A stretch of DNA of 64,000 nt from Gammaproteobacteria bacterium (lineage in GTDB: Bacteria > Pseudomonadota > Gammaproteobacteria > HK1). Shown here piece by piece: positions 29,801-40,017 of this stretch (position 1 is its first letter; each line of letters starts with the position of its first letter). The notes beneath the pieces were generated by a model. That model worked only from the letters and a program-made list of their open reading frames with translations, was not told where the DNA came from and did not search any database. The stretch is taken from contig OZ244833.1 in the NCBI GenBank assembly GCA_965220535.1, forward strand, positions 1,039,440 to 1,103,439, in the 5' to 3' direction. The position numbers and the translations under genes are program-made.

Positions 29801-30292
29801 TCAGATCGATTTGAATACCTTGGCCCCGGGGTCCTCGTGGATAGCGAGATCGAGAGCGTAGCTCCGACCGAAGGGAGTCGAAGAAACCGAACAAGCCTTC
29901 GATTCGAGCCGATCCGCGAATCGACGAAGGATCTCCTCGGCGACGGCCGCCGGGGCGGCATTCCCTCCTAGATGAGCGAAGGAATGAAGGTGCACATGGT
30001 TCAACGATCGCTTGCCGGCAAACCACTTCACGTTGCGCACGGCCTTGGCGACGAGTTTCCCCTCTCGCTCGGCATCGTCGATCTCGACTTGTACCAATAC
30101 CAAGGCCACCGTCTCGAGCTTCGCCGTCAAGGGCGAGGAGGAGGGCGAGGAGGAGGGCTCGGCCGCGGGCAAGAGCGCCTCGTCCCTATCGGCCTTCGGG
30201 AGATCCGCATGGCCTGCGGGGCTCGCAGCGCCGGCGGCCGGGATATGCGCTCGATAGCCGAAGCGCTCGGCATGGAACATCAACAGTTTCAT
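29801..30292 (-). CDS. Stand-alone archaeal-type threonyl-tRNA synthetase editing domain protein
   Basis: MKLLMFH start, LHSFAHLG (archaeal YPYAHLS-like), STPFGRSYALDLAIHEDPGAKVFKSI (like [25 protein letters not shown]). Confidence 0.75.
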   Translation of the reverse strand: MKLLMFHAERFGYRAHIPAAGAASPAGHADLPKADRDEALLPAAEPSSSPSSSPLTAKLETVALVLVQVEIDDAEREGKLVAKAVRNVKWFAGKRSLNHVHLHSFAHLGGNAAPAAVAEEILRRFADRLESKACSVSSTPFGRSYALDLAIHEDPGAKVFKSI

Positions 30293-31095
30293 CGCGAATT
30301 GTCCGCTTGAATGGTTCGAGAGGATCGAGGGGATCGAGGGCTTCGAGCGCCCGGATTCGAGCCTCGGGCAAGGGCCCTAGCCGAAACCCCCTCGATATAC
30401 CGGTCGCCGAGATGCCATCGACCGAAAAGCCCTCGATCCGAAAAAAGCCCCTCGCCCTTCGCCGAAGACGAGATCCGGCGAGGGCTCGAATCGCCTTCCC
30501 CCGCCCCGCCAAGGGCCAAGTTGCGTCCTCGGCACGACAAAATCGCCTTCGACGATGACGACCAAGGGCGCCGAGCCTCTTAACGGCGCATCCTCCTTCG
30601 AATCCGATCGCGGAATTCGATGATTTTCCCGCCCCGAGAACGAGGCTCTCGGGTTAAAATCGCATATCGATCCTTTGTCTGAGCCTTGCCGACGATACCC
30701 ATCGACCACGCTCGAGATTCCGATTGTCGAAGACCACCGGGATCTTTGCATCGAATCGAAGCCGAAAACCGACGGCGAAGGCAAGTCTTCGCCCCCTTGT
30801 TTTGATAGGGATCGCTCGAAGAGATAGCCCGGCACCGCTCTTGCGGATATCGATTGCGGCGCATTTTCGCGGCGCATTTTCAAAAGCGCCTCGCCCGTCG
30901 ACCCTCTTTTCGCCTCGAGGCACCACCGCCGTCTTGTCGGGGGATCGCCTTGGGCCCCGCTCGACCGAAACCGCAAAAAGTCATGGAACCCGCCCCGGCG
31001 TATCGACGCCTTTACCCCCATCCCGACCATCGATATCGCCCGGCCTCGATGGCGATTCGGCGCATCGACCGGGCTTGGCAACGATCGGATCGACG

Positions 31096-32973
31096 ATGAG
31101 TCATAGCGCTTCTTTGCCCGCTTCTTTGCCGTCCTCGGCAAAACCCGTCGAATCCCTCGACTCGATGGTCGTGCGCTTTGTCGGGGATTCGGGAGACGGC
31201 ATGCAACTCGCCGGCGATCGGCTTGCCGGCGTCTCCGCTTCGGCGGGCAACGATATCTCCACCTTCCCCGATTTCCCCGCCGAAATTCGCGCCCCGAAAG
31301 GAACCCTGGCCGGGGTATCCGGCTTCCAAGTGCATTTTGCGGCGCGCGATATCCACACCCCGGGAGACGAGGTCGATATCCTGGTCGCGATGAACCCCGC
31401 GGCGTTGGTGCAAAACCTCTCCTTCTTGCGCCCCCAGGGCACCTTGATCGTCGACGAGGATATGTTCGATACGAAAAATCTGAAACTCGCCCGGATCGAG
31501 AAAAATCCCTTGGAAGATCGGGCGATCGACGATTTTCACCTGATCCGAGTGCCCCTGACCTCGCTCACCCGAGAAGCGGTGGAGGAAAGCGGCGTCGGAC
31601 GCAAGATCGCGACCCGCTGCCGGAATTTTTTCGCGCTCGGTCTCGTCTATTGGCTCTGCGGCCGCAGCATGACGACCACCTTGGAGTGGATCGGCAGAAA
31701 ATTCGGCGAGCGCCCGGAAGTGGCCGATGCCGACACCCGCGCCTTGCGCGCCGGCTGGAACTTCGGCGAGACGACCGAGGCTTTCAAGCGCAGCTACCAC
31801 GTGCCCCCCGCCGACCTCCCGCCGGGAGAGTATCGCAATATCACCGGCAACCAAGCCCTCGCCCTCGGGCTGATCACCGCTTCGGAACTCTCGGGCAAAC
31901 CGATTTTCTACGGCTCCTACCCCATCACTCCGGCCAGCGATATCCTCCACGAACTCGCTCGCCACAAACGATTCGGCGTGCGCACCTTCCAAGCCGAGGA
32001 CGAGATCGCCGCCATCACCTCGGCCATCGGCGCCGCCTACGGCGGAGCGATGGGGGTCACGGCATCGAGCGGCCCCGGAATCGCCCTCAAAACCGAGGCG
32101 ATGGGGCTTGCGATCATGCTCGAACTGCCGCTGCTGGTCTTGAGCATCCAGCGCGGGGGGCCGAGCACCGGCTTGCCGACCAAACCCGAGCAATCGGATC
32201 TTCTGCAAGTGATGTTCGGGCGCAGCGGCGAATCCCCGCTGCCGGTATTGGCGGCCGCCGGACCGACCGACTGCTTCGACATCGTGCTCGATGCCTGGCG
32301 GATCGCGACCCGCTTGATGACCCCGGTGGTCGTGCTCTCCGACGCCTTCGTCGCCAACGGAGCGGAGCCCTGGCGCATCCCGGATATCGCGCAGTTGGAG
32401 CCCATCGACATCGCCCATCCCGAAGCGAGAAGCGCCGACGATCCGCCCTTCTTGCCCTATTCCCGCAACGAATGGCTGGCTCGTCCCTGGGCCTTGCCGG
32501 GAACCCCGGGCCTTACGCATCGGGTGGGGAGTTTGGAAAAGCAAGACGGCACCGGCCATGTCAGTTACGATCCGGACAATCACGAAAAGATGGTGCATTT
32601 GCGAGCGCGCAAGGTGGCCAACGCGGTGCATCTCATCGAGGATCAGAGGGTCTTCGGCCCGGATCGCGGACCCTTGCTCCTGCTCTCTTGGGGCGGCACT
32701 TCAGGGGTCTGCCGCCAAGCGGTGGAGCGCATCGCGGCAAAGGGCAAGGCCGTTGCCCATACCCACCTGCGCCACCTGCACCCCTTGCCCGCGAACTTGG
32801 GCGAAATTCTCGGCAACTACGAGACAGTGCTGGTCCCGGAAATGAACTTGGGCCAGCTGGCGATGATCTTGAGAGCCCGCTACCCGGTGAATATCGTCTC
32901 GTCGAATAGGGTTCGCGGCCGCCCTTTCATGGTTCGGGAATTGGTCGAAGCCATCGAGGAAGCACTCGCATGA
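31096..32973 (+). CDS. 2-oxoacid:acceptor (ferredoxin) oxidoreductase alpha subunit
   Basis: Motifs VRFVGDSGDGMQLAG, FPAEIRAPKGT, YPITPASDILHEL, QAEDEIAA and QRGGPSTGLPTKPEQSDL. Confidence 0.93.
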   Translation: MSHSASLPASLPSSAKPVESLDSMVVRFVGDSGDGMQLAGDRLAGVSASAGNDISTFPDFPAEIRAPKGTLAGVSGFQVHFAARDIHTPGDEVDILVAMNPAALVQNLSFLRPQGTLIVDEDMFDTKNLKLARIEKNPLEDRAIDDFHLIRVPLTSLTREAVEESGVGRKIATRCRNFFALGLVYWLCGRSMTTTLEWIGRKFGERPEVADADTRALRAGWNFGETTEAFKRSYHVPPADLPPGEYRNITGNQALALGLITASELSGKPIFYGSYPITPASDILHELARHKRFGVRTFQAEDEIAAITSAIGAAYGGAMGVTASSGPGIALKTEAMGLAIMLELPLLVLSIQRGGPSTGLPTKPEQSDLLQVMFGRSGESPLPVLAAAGPTDCFDIVLDAWRIATRLMTPVVVLSDAFVANGAEPWRIPDIAQLEPIDIAHPEARSADDPPFLPYSRNEWLARPWALPGTPGLTHRVGSLEKQDGTGHVSYDPDNHEKMVHLRARKVANAVHLIEDQRVFGPDRGPLLLLSWGGTSGVCRQAVERIAAKGKAVAHTHLRHLHPLPANLGEILGNYETVLVPEMNLGQLAMILRARYPVNIVSSNRVRGRPFMVRELVEAIEEALA

Positions 32974-34031
32974 CCAGCGCCGCCGAAGCGATGAAGCCCG
33001 CCCCGTCCTTGAAGGCGAAGGCCGCTAAAACCCCGGTCGCCGCCGATTTCGCCAGCGATCAGGAGATCCGCTGGTGCCCCGGATGCGGCGATTTCTCGAT
33101 CCTCGCGCAGATGAAAAAGGCCCTACCGGAAATCGGCGTCAGACCGGAAAACCTGGTCTTCGTCTCCGGCATCGGCTGCTCGAGCCGCTTCCCCTACTAC
33201 CTCGATACCTACGGCGTGCACAGCATTCACGGTCGGGCGCCGGCCATCGCCACCGGACTCAAAACGGTGCGGCCGGAGCTGCAGGTTTGGGTGATCACCG
33301 GCGACGGCGATGCCCTGAGCATCGGCGGCAACCATCTGATGCATGCCCTGCGGCGCAATGTCGATATCAAGATCCTGCTCTTCAACAACCGCATCTACGG
33401 CCTGACCAAGGGGCAATACTCCCCCACTTCCCTGCCCGGGCATATCACGCGCAGCACCCCCCAAGGCTCGGTGGATGCCCCCTTGCACCCGCTGTCGATC
33501 GCCCTTGGCAGCGAGGCGAGTTTCGTGGCGCGCTCGGTGGATACCCATACCGCGCATTTGGGAACGATCCTGCGGCGGGCGGCGGCGCATCGGGGCTCGG
33601 CTTTCGTCGAGATCTACCAAAACTGCAATATCTACAACGACGGGGCCTTCGAATACGCCAAGAATCAATCGTTGCGCAGCGATCGACTCGTGGAGGTGGA
33701 GCACGGACAACCGCTGATCTTCGGGGCGCAGCGGGACAAAGGCATCAGGCTCGACAATCTTCGCCTCGAGGCCGTGCCCTGCGGCGATGACGGGGTGAAG
33801 ACCGAAGATCTGTTGGTCCACGATGAACAAGCAGCGGAGCCGACTCTGGCGATGATGATCGCGCGGATGCGGCAACCGGCGCTGCCCGAGGCGATCGGCG
33901 TCTTGCGCGCCGTCGAGCGACCGGTCTTCGGCGATCTCGTCAACGAACAGGTCGATGCCCAGCGCCGGCGCGACGGCGCCGGGGATCTCGCCGCCTTGTT
34001 TCGCGCCGGCGACACCTGGACGATCGAATAG
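32970..34031 (+). CDS. 2-oxoacid:acceptor oxidoreductase beta subunit
   Basis: Motifs WCPGCGD, SGIGCSSR, HGRAPAIATG, TPP motif GDGDALSIGGNH and NNRIYGLTKGQYSPT. ATGA overlap with the alpha subunit. Confidence 0.94.
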   Translation: MTSAAEAMKPAPSLKAKAAKTPVAADFASDQEIRWCPGCGDFSILAQMKKALPEIGVRPENLVFVSGIGCSSRFPYYLDTYGVHSIHGRAPAIATGLKTVRPELQVWVITGDGDALSIGGNHLMHALRRNVDIKILLFNNRIYGLTKGQYSPTSLPGHITRSTPQGSVDAPLHPLSIALGSEASFVARSVDTHTAHLGTILRRAAAHRGSAFVEIYQNCNIYNDGAFEYAKNQSLRSDRLVEVEHGQPLIFGAQRDKGIRLDNLRLEAVPCGDDGVKTEDLLVHDEQAAEPTLAMMIARMRQPALPEAIGVLRAVERPVFGDLVNEQVDAQRRRDGAGDLAALFRAGDTWTIE

Positions 34032-34860
34032 GGGGGAGTCGGACCGGGGATTCGACGAGCCTCGCCTCGAAGCGGTGCCCGGCGGCAAAGAAGTGCACCC
34101 ATGAAACCTCATAAAAAGCCTGAAATTCATCCTGAAAGCCTTCATTCTTCTTTGGCTATTCGAATAGCGATCTCCGCGTATCACCACCTGCCCGCCCCTG
34201 ACCATCGGGCAATCCATTATCGGTTATGGGGGGCCAACAATTCCACATGTCAACGCTGCCTGACATGACTCACCTATCCTGCGCGGGCTTGCCCGTGTCA
34301 ATGCCTTGGCCCCTTAATTGTTCATGGGGCAAAGGATAGGGGGCAGCACCCCATCACCCCAGCGAGACCAGGACCATGTATCCGATACGGATAATCCGCC
34401 CCGCCACGGGGCCGTCGACCATCGTGGGCCGGTATCCGCATCGGTAGTATCCGCATCGGTAACCTGTGAACAGCACATCGCCCGCGCACGGGCAGCAGGG
34501 CACGATGTGCCATACCAAAGCGAAATGGCCTCCCGTTTACGAAATACAGACCCGCCGGCCCCATCGACACGATCGGCAGGTGCCGATGATCCGCATCGAT
34601 GGCGATGGCTACGAAATCCTCCGCCTGCACGATACGGGGCAGGCACACGATCCCACCGCCATCCCTGCCCGTTTCAGCGACAAGGATGCAGCGCATCACC
34701 TACCGGCACAGGCGCAGAATTTCGCCCCGCAGGGGTGGGCGCATCGGAAAAGCGGCTGACCTACGCATCTTTGACGAGGGGAGGAAGGGCGATCGGCATA
34801 TCCTCATTCATCGATGGATGCACTGATATGTAATTCCCTATTTTTATGCCTCCTGCCCGC

Positions 34861-35110
34861 TGTAGCGCCCTAGGGCTATCGAGATACTTTTGCAGCTTAT
34901 GCGGCCGCCGGGGTTTCGTCCACCGCCCCTCGCCTGAACTGGCTCGACAGAGCGTTGTCCGTGGCATTCGATCAGCCAGAATCGGTTGTAACGATCTTTG
35001 AACGCATGCAGTGCCTGCTTCAACTCTTCGATGGTCCAGAAGGTTTTTAGCCAGAGCAGGTTCTCCTTTAAGGTGTGGATGAATCGCTCGGCACAACCAT
35101 TACCTTCTTC
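34861..35110 (-). mobile_element. IS3/IS481-type transposase remnant (3' end of the integrase core plus a probable terminal repeat)
   Basis: Minus-strand peptide EGNGCAERFIHTLKENLLWLKTFWTIEELKQALHAFKDRYNRFWLIECHG is typical of rve_3 C-termini. The segment ends in TGTAGCGCCC at 34861, an IS-like TGT end. No N-terminal part is present. Confidence 0.8.
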
Positions 35111-35144
35111 GGAAACGGACCAAGGACGGCGATGTCGCCCGATA

Positions 35145-35805
35145 GCGGCGAGCCCTCGGCAAATCCCAGCGACGACCGCTCGTCGCCTCATGGGTCCGAT
35201 TCAACCGATCTTGCCGGTATTCGATCCCATCCTCGAGCCGTAGAAATCTCTTGCCGCCGTGCGCGACACCCTTCGAAACCCGTTGACGGGAATCGCTCGG
35301 CCCGCCTCCGAGGGCATGCGGAATCGACTTGTCGCCGCGAGGAATGCGCCAAGTTCCTTCGCCTTTCGAAAGCGCAGCGGAATCAAACCTACCCCCTGAC
35401 TCCCTTCGCGACCCCTCGGTGCCCCGGCACCGAATGAACGATGCGATCGAATGCGGCGAGCCCTAGGCAAATCCCGTCGCCGATCGCTCATCGCATCGAA
35501 AGGTCGATTCGATCGATCTCGTCGGCATTCGATTCCGGCTCGAAAGCGTAGGAATCCCTCGCCACGGCGGGCGAAATCCTCCCGGCGAGGAGGTCTTGCG
35601 CGACATCCTTCGGATCCCGTCGGCGGGGATCGCCGAGCCCGCCGCCGCCGGGGGTATGCAGAATCAACCTCTCACCGCGAGGGATGCGCTGGGTTCCTTT
35701 GCCCTTCAAAAACGCACCGGAGGCAAGCCATACACCCCCTCGATCCCCCTCGCGCCCTCCTTGGCGTCCCTGCGCCGGATGAACGATGCGATCGAATGCG
35801 GCGAG
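35145..35805. repeat. Degenerate tandem duplication (308/345 bp) of the 3' end of the hydantoinase B gene
   Basis: GCGGCGAG at 35145, 35453 and 35798 delimits two alignable units. The left copy translates (minus strand, with stops and a frameshift) to LAAFDRIVHSVPG and SKGEGTWRIPRGD, matching LAAFDRIVHPAQG and LKGKGTQRIPRGE in the intact gene. Confidence 0.8.
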
Positions 35806-37194
35806 GAGTTCGAAATCCCTGTCGAGGGCCGATTCGATTTCGATCACCTGCCCCAAGCCGCCGCGCCAACGACCGACGCCGCCGGAATCGGTGCGCAACT
35901 CCTTGCGCCGAAAGATCACCGGAGCCACCGACTCGTTGATCTCCACCGGCGTGCCCCGCACCCCGCTCGGGTAGGCGGTAGCGGAAAGGCCGTCTTTGCC
36001 GGGGCGGGCGCCGGTACCCCCGTTGCAAACCGCGGTGACGGCGAAAAGCGCCCCGCCTTTTTGATTGGCGCCGCGTTCGCTCTCCCCGCGCATCGTCACA
36101 TTCCACAAACAGGACGCCCCTTCGGCCGGCACTCGCTCGGGGACCGCCTGGGCCAAGGCCCCGAAAACCACATCCGGAAGCATCTGGCCGATCACATGCC
36201 GCGAACAAACCGGCGAGGGCCAAGGGGCGTTGAGCACGCAACCCTCGGGGGCGCGCACGGTGAAGGGCGAAAGCGAGCCGTGATTGTTCGGCACCTCGGC
36301 GCTGACGATGCACGAAAGACCGAAACAGGTATAAGCGGCGGTATATGCCATCGGGACATTGACGCCGTAGTTCGACTTCGGCGAGGTGCCGTCGAAATCG
36401 ACCTCGATCCCCGAAGGGTCGATCTTCAGCCTCGCCACCAGATCCAGCGGCTTCTCGTAGCCGTCGATGCGCATCGCGTTGCGGTATTCCCCGGCGGGGA
36501 GCGCGGCGACCTCCGCCAACACCGCCCGGCGCGATGCCGAGCAAATATGGTCGGCGAGATCGTCCAGATCTCGCAGATCGAATTCCTTCATCATCTCCGT
36601 CAAACGCTCGCACCCCACATCGTTGCAAGCGGCCAAAGAATAGACATCGCCCTCGGATTCCACCGGCTGACGGGTATTGGCGCGCACCATCTCCATCAGG
36701 GTCTCGTTGATCCGACCCCGATCCGCGAGTTTCAGCATCGGGATATAGATCCCCTCCATCAGCACATCGGTGGCGTCGGGGCCGAAGCCGATGCCGCCTA
36801 CATCCGTCAGATGCGAGGTGCAAGAAAACAAGGCGACGATCCGGCCCTCGTGAAAACAAGGAGTGGTCAACACGAAATCGTTGAGATGACCGGTGCCCAT
36901 CCACGGATCGTTGGTGATGTAGATATCCCCTTCGTTCATCGTATCGACGGGGAAGCGGCGCAGAAAATGCTTGACCGACTCCGCCATGGAATTGACATGC
37001 CCCGGGGTTCCGGTCACGGCTTGGGCGAGCATCCGACCTCGGGTATCGAATACTCCGGCGGAAAGATCGCCGGCCTCGCGCACGATCGGGGAAAAAGCGG
37101 TGCGCATCAGGGTTTGCGCTTGCTCCTCGACCACCGCGATCAGGCGGTTCCACAGGATCTGCATCCGAATCACCTGCATGGCATCGGCGCTCAT
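35488..37194 (-). CDS. Hydantoinase B / 5-oxoprolinase family protein
   Basis: Motifs RTAFSPIVREAGDLS, TNDPWMGTGHLND, GGTGARPGKDG and TPGGGGLGDP. Confidence 0.92.
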   Translation of the reverse strand: MSADAMQVIRMQILWNRLIAVVEEQAQTLMRTAFSPIVREAGDLSAGVFDTRGRMLAQAVTGTPGHVNSMAESVKHFLRRFPVDTMNEGDIYITNDPWMGTGHLNDFVLTTPCFHEGRIVALFSCTSHLTDVGGIGFGPDATDVLMEGIYIPMLKLADRGRINETLMEMVRANTRQPVESEGDVYSLAACNDVGCERLTEMMKEFDLRDLDDLADHICSASRRAVLAEVAALPAGEYRNAMRIDGYEKPLDLVARLKIDPSGIEVDFDGTSPKSNYGVNVPMAYTAAYTCFGLSCIVSAEVPNNHGSLSPFTVRAPEGCVLNAPWPSPVCSRHVIGQMLPDVVFGALAQAVPERVPAEGASCLWNVTMRGESERGANQKGGALFAVTAVCNGGTGARPGKDGLSATAYPSGVRGTPVEINESVAPVIFRRKELRTDSGGVGRWRGGLGQVIEIESALDRDFELLAAFDRIVHPAQGRQGGREGDRGGVWLASGAFLKGKGTQRIPRGERLILHTPGGGGLGDPRRRDPKDVAQDLLAGRISPAVARDSYAFEPESNADEIDRIDLSMR

Positions 37195-37576
37195 CGATCG
37201 CTCCTCATCCGGTCAGTCGCGGAAAATGCCGCGGAAGTCTTGAAAAAGGTATCGGCTTCGATAGCTCGCGCGAGCCGCGAAGGCGTCGAGCGAGGCTCCG
37301 GTTCCTTCCATCCGACCCTCTTTATCCGACGAGCCGCGCGTCGCTCGAAGCCGGTATATCGGCGAGGATCTCGTCGGCAGGCAGTCCGAAAAGATATGCC
37401 GGACGAAGGCCCGGCGCCGACAGCGCCGGGGTTCCAAACCGGGATCGGCGCTCGTCGATGATTCCTCGTTCGACAAATCGCGAAAAAGGATATCGGCTTC
37501 GATGCCTCGCACAAGCCGCCGAGAAAACGACGCGACGAGCTTATCTACCCGACGAGCTTTCTGGCCGACGATCCTT

Positions 37577-38785
37577 CTACGCGACGATCCGGGCATCGCG
37601 CAACGCCCCGATCCGCGCCGCGCTCAACCCCAGCACATCGGCAAGGATCTCGTCGGTATGCTGCCCGAGAAGAGGTGCCGGACGAACCGCCCGACGCTCG
37701 TGGCGTTCGAACTCCAAGGGGGATCCGGGCATCATGAAGGCGCCGATCCCCGGCTGCTCGACATCGTCGAAAAGGGGGTTGTCGGTGGAACAGCGCGGAT
37801 CCTCGCGCACCATCTGAGAAAAACTTCGATAAGGCCCCCAACAAACATCGGCTTTGTCGAAAGCGGCGCGGACCTCTTCGTAAGTCCGCGCCCCGATCCA
37901 TCGGGCAACGATCGGAGCGATCGAATCCCGGGCCTCGAAACGCCGACCCTCGTCGCTCAGATCCACCCCGAGCATCGCCTCGATATGCGAGATCGCTCGA
38001 TGCCCGTCGATGGCGTCGAGCAACGCCCGCCATTGCCTGCCGGTAATGGCGACCACCATCACCCGACGACCGTCCCGGGTTTCGAAATCGCGTCCGAAGG
38101 CGCCGTAAACATCGTTCCCCGTCGGCTCTCGTTCGCTGCCGTTGATCATCGCCTCGGCGATATGGCCGAGGTTGCCGACCGTCGCATAAGCGACATCCGA
38201 AAGCGCCAGCGTAATCTCCTCGCCCTCGCCGGTTTTCGAGCGCCGCCGCAGGGCGGCCATCAATCCCAAGGCCGCGGTCAAACCGGTGGTGACATCCCAC
38301 GCGGGGAATACATGGTTGACCGGGGCATCTAAGCGGGCGTTTCCGGTGGCGAAGGGATAGCCGATCGCGCTGTTGACGGTGTAGTCCAAGGCCGTCGATC
38401 CATCGCGATGACCGATGATGCGCAGCATGATCACATCGGCTCGGCGTCGCGACAACGAGGCAAAGGAAAGCTCCCCGCGCGGCGGAAGATTGGTCAAAAA
38501 ACAGCCGCCGTCCTCGCCGGGGCGGGCGATCAATTCGGCGACGATCTCCTGCCCCTCGGGGGTTTTCGTATCCACCAAGACGGAGCGTTTGCATTTGTTC
38601 AGGCTCGCCCAATAAAGACTGGTGCCGCCGGCGGTGAGCGGCCAACGACCGGCATCGACCCCGCCGCCCGGGGGATCGATACGAATCACATCCGCCCCGA
38701 GCTGGGCCAAAGCGAGCCCGCCGGTCGGCGCGGCCACGAAGGCCGAGGCCTCCACGATGCGAAGGCCTTCGAGAATTCCGTACAT
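37577..38785 (-). CDS. mct: Family III CoA-transferase, mesaconyl-CoA C1-C4 CoA transferase (2-methylfumaryl-CoA isomerase) type
   Basis: GILEGLRIVEASAFVAAPTGG, LYWASLNKCKRS, DYTVN, NHVFPAWD, YGAFGRDFETRDG and CSTDNPLF...EQPGIG all follow the recalled Chloroflexus Mct sequence closely. Confidence 0.8.
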   Translation of the reverse strand: MYGILEGLRIVEASAFVAAPTGGLALAQLGADVIRIDPPGGGVDAGRWPLTAGGTSLYWASLNKCKRSVLVDTKTPEGQEIVAELIARPGEDGGCFLTNLPPRGELSFASLSRRRADVIMLRIIGHRDGSTALDYTVNSAIGYPFATGNARLDAPVNHVFPAWDVTTGLTAALGLMAALRRRSKTGEGEEITLALSDVAYATVGNLGHIAEAMINGSEREPTGNDVYGAFGRDFETRDGRRVMVVAITGRQWRALLDAIDGHRAISHIEAMLGVDLSDEGRRFEARDSIAPIVARWIGARTYEEVRAAFDKADVCWGPYRSFSQMVREDPRCSTDNPLFDDVEQPGIGAFMMPGSPLEFERHERRAVRPAPLLGQHTDEILADVLGLSAARIGALRDARIVA

Positions 38786-38791
38786 GGCAAA

Positions 38792-39172
38792 TCATTCCTC
38801 CTCGGCGGCGCCGAACGTGCGCGTCATCTGCAAAAGCGCATGACGGCGATTGCGGGTGAAAGGACGCACCTCGCTCGACCAACGCCCGCGCTCCACCGCC
38901 TTCGACCACGCCTCGCTTTTCAAAACATCGGGACTTTCGATCCCGTAAAGGGCATGCCACGCGGGCGTTTCTCCCCGCGGCATATCCTGAACACACCCCT
39001 CGATCGCCAATGCGAAATCGCAAGCCTTCATGCGACGAACCCAAAGCACTCCGGGCACCTCGAGCAAAGCGGGGATATGTTCGTCGTCATAGACCTCATC
39101 GAAAAGGGCTTCCTTTTCCGGATCGACATCCATGGCGGCAACGAAAATATAAGGGGCTTTTTTGAAATTCAC
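38792..39172 (-). CDS. Dimeric alpha-beta barrel (EthD/DUF4286-like) hypothetical protein
   Basis: MDVDPEKEALFDEVYDDEHIPALLEVPGV and LYGIESPDVLKSEAW; 6 nt upstream of mct. Confidence 0.6.
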   Translation of the reverse strand: MNFKKAPYIFVAAMDVDPEKEALFDEVYDDEHIPALLEVPGVLWVRRMKACDFALAIEGCVQDMPRGETPAWHALYGIESPDVLKSEAWSKAVERGRWSSEVRPFTRNRRHALLQMTRTFGAAEEE

Positions 39173-39337
39173 GAGCGATATCCTCTTGAACGAGCGTCAT
39201 CACGCCCTTCGACGATACGATGACGATTGTGCACCCTATCGCCCTCGTCTTTCACCGGCGGCGTTCTCTTTCGAACCGTCGATCCTTCTTTCGGGCTTTG
39301 CCTTTTGCGGATGCGAAAAGCGAAGACGCGATCCCTT

Positions 39338-39637
39338 TCAATCCCGCCCGCCCTTGGAAATATGAATCTCCCGCGATACGACGATATCGGCATAGCGCTC
39401 TCGAGTGCGCGCCAAGATCGCCGAGGCCTTGTGCTCCTCGAAGGCTTGCGCATCCCGATACATCTCGAAAAGAAACACCCGATTTTCCTCCTCCAAGTCA
39501 TCGCAGACCTCGAAGCGAAGACAACCCGGCTCGCCGGCAAGGGTACTTTTCGCATGCTCTTGGATGATGCGAACGAACTCCTCTTTATGCCCCGCCTCGA
39601 TGTCGAACTTCACGATCAGACATATCAGGGATTTCAT
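39338..39637 (-). CDS. Antibiotic biosynthesis monooxygenase family protein (YgiN/LsrG-like)
   Basis: EPGCLRFEV and FLFEMYRDAQAFEEHKAS. Confidence 0.82.
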   Translation of the reverse strand: MKSLICLIVKFDIEAGHKEEFVRIIQEHAKSTLAGEPGCLRFEVCDDLEEENRVFLFEMYRDAQAFEEHKASAILARTRERYADIVVSREIHISKGGRD

Positions 39638-40017
39638 GGTTATGCGTCCTTGTGCTCGGGTGGGCTTCGTGCTTCGGGAATCTTGCTTCGGTAGCCGACA
39701 GGCGGTTTCTCGTCGGATGACGCCGGCCACGGCCGATCGATGATATTCGACGAATTCCCGCATCGAGCGAGACGCCGCGCATCTTCGCTTTCAAGCAACG
39801 CTTTTTTCGTCTTCCGAATCCGCAAACGACGATCTCGATATGGCAAGCCGGAGGCGGCGAACAGCGCTCGCCTCCCAAACGCACCACGGCTCCCTAATGC
39901 AAACTCTTTCAGGATTGACCTTCGAAAAGCGCAAGCGCGAGCGAAACTCGGCACCCTATCACCCGATAATTCGTCGATCTTTCCTCGGCGACAAACCCGA
40001 ACGCGGGTTCCCGTCAA

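Noticed and set aside
34032-34120. tmRNA-like words (GGATTCGAC, GTGCA, CCTCATAAAAAGCC) after korB
   Set aside because: The 5' GGGG acceptor-stem spacing is wrong, no ANDENY-like tag frame follows, and there is no 3' T-arm/CCA end. Treated as coincidence; a Rfam cmsearch with RF00023 would settle it.
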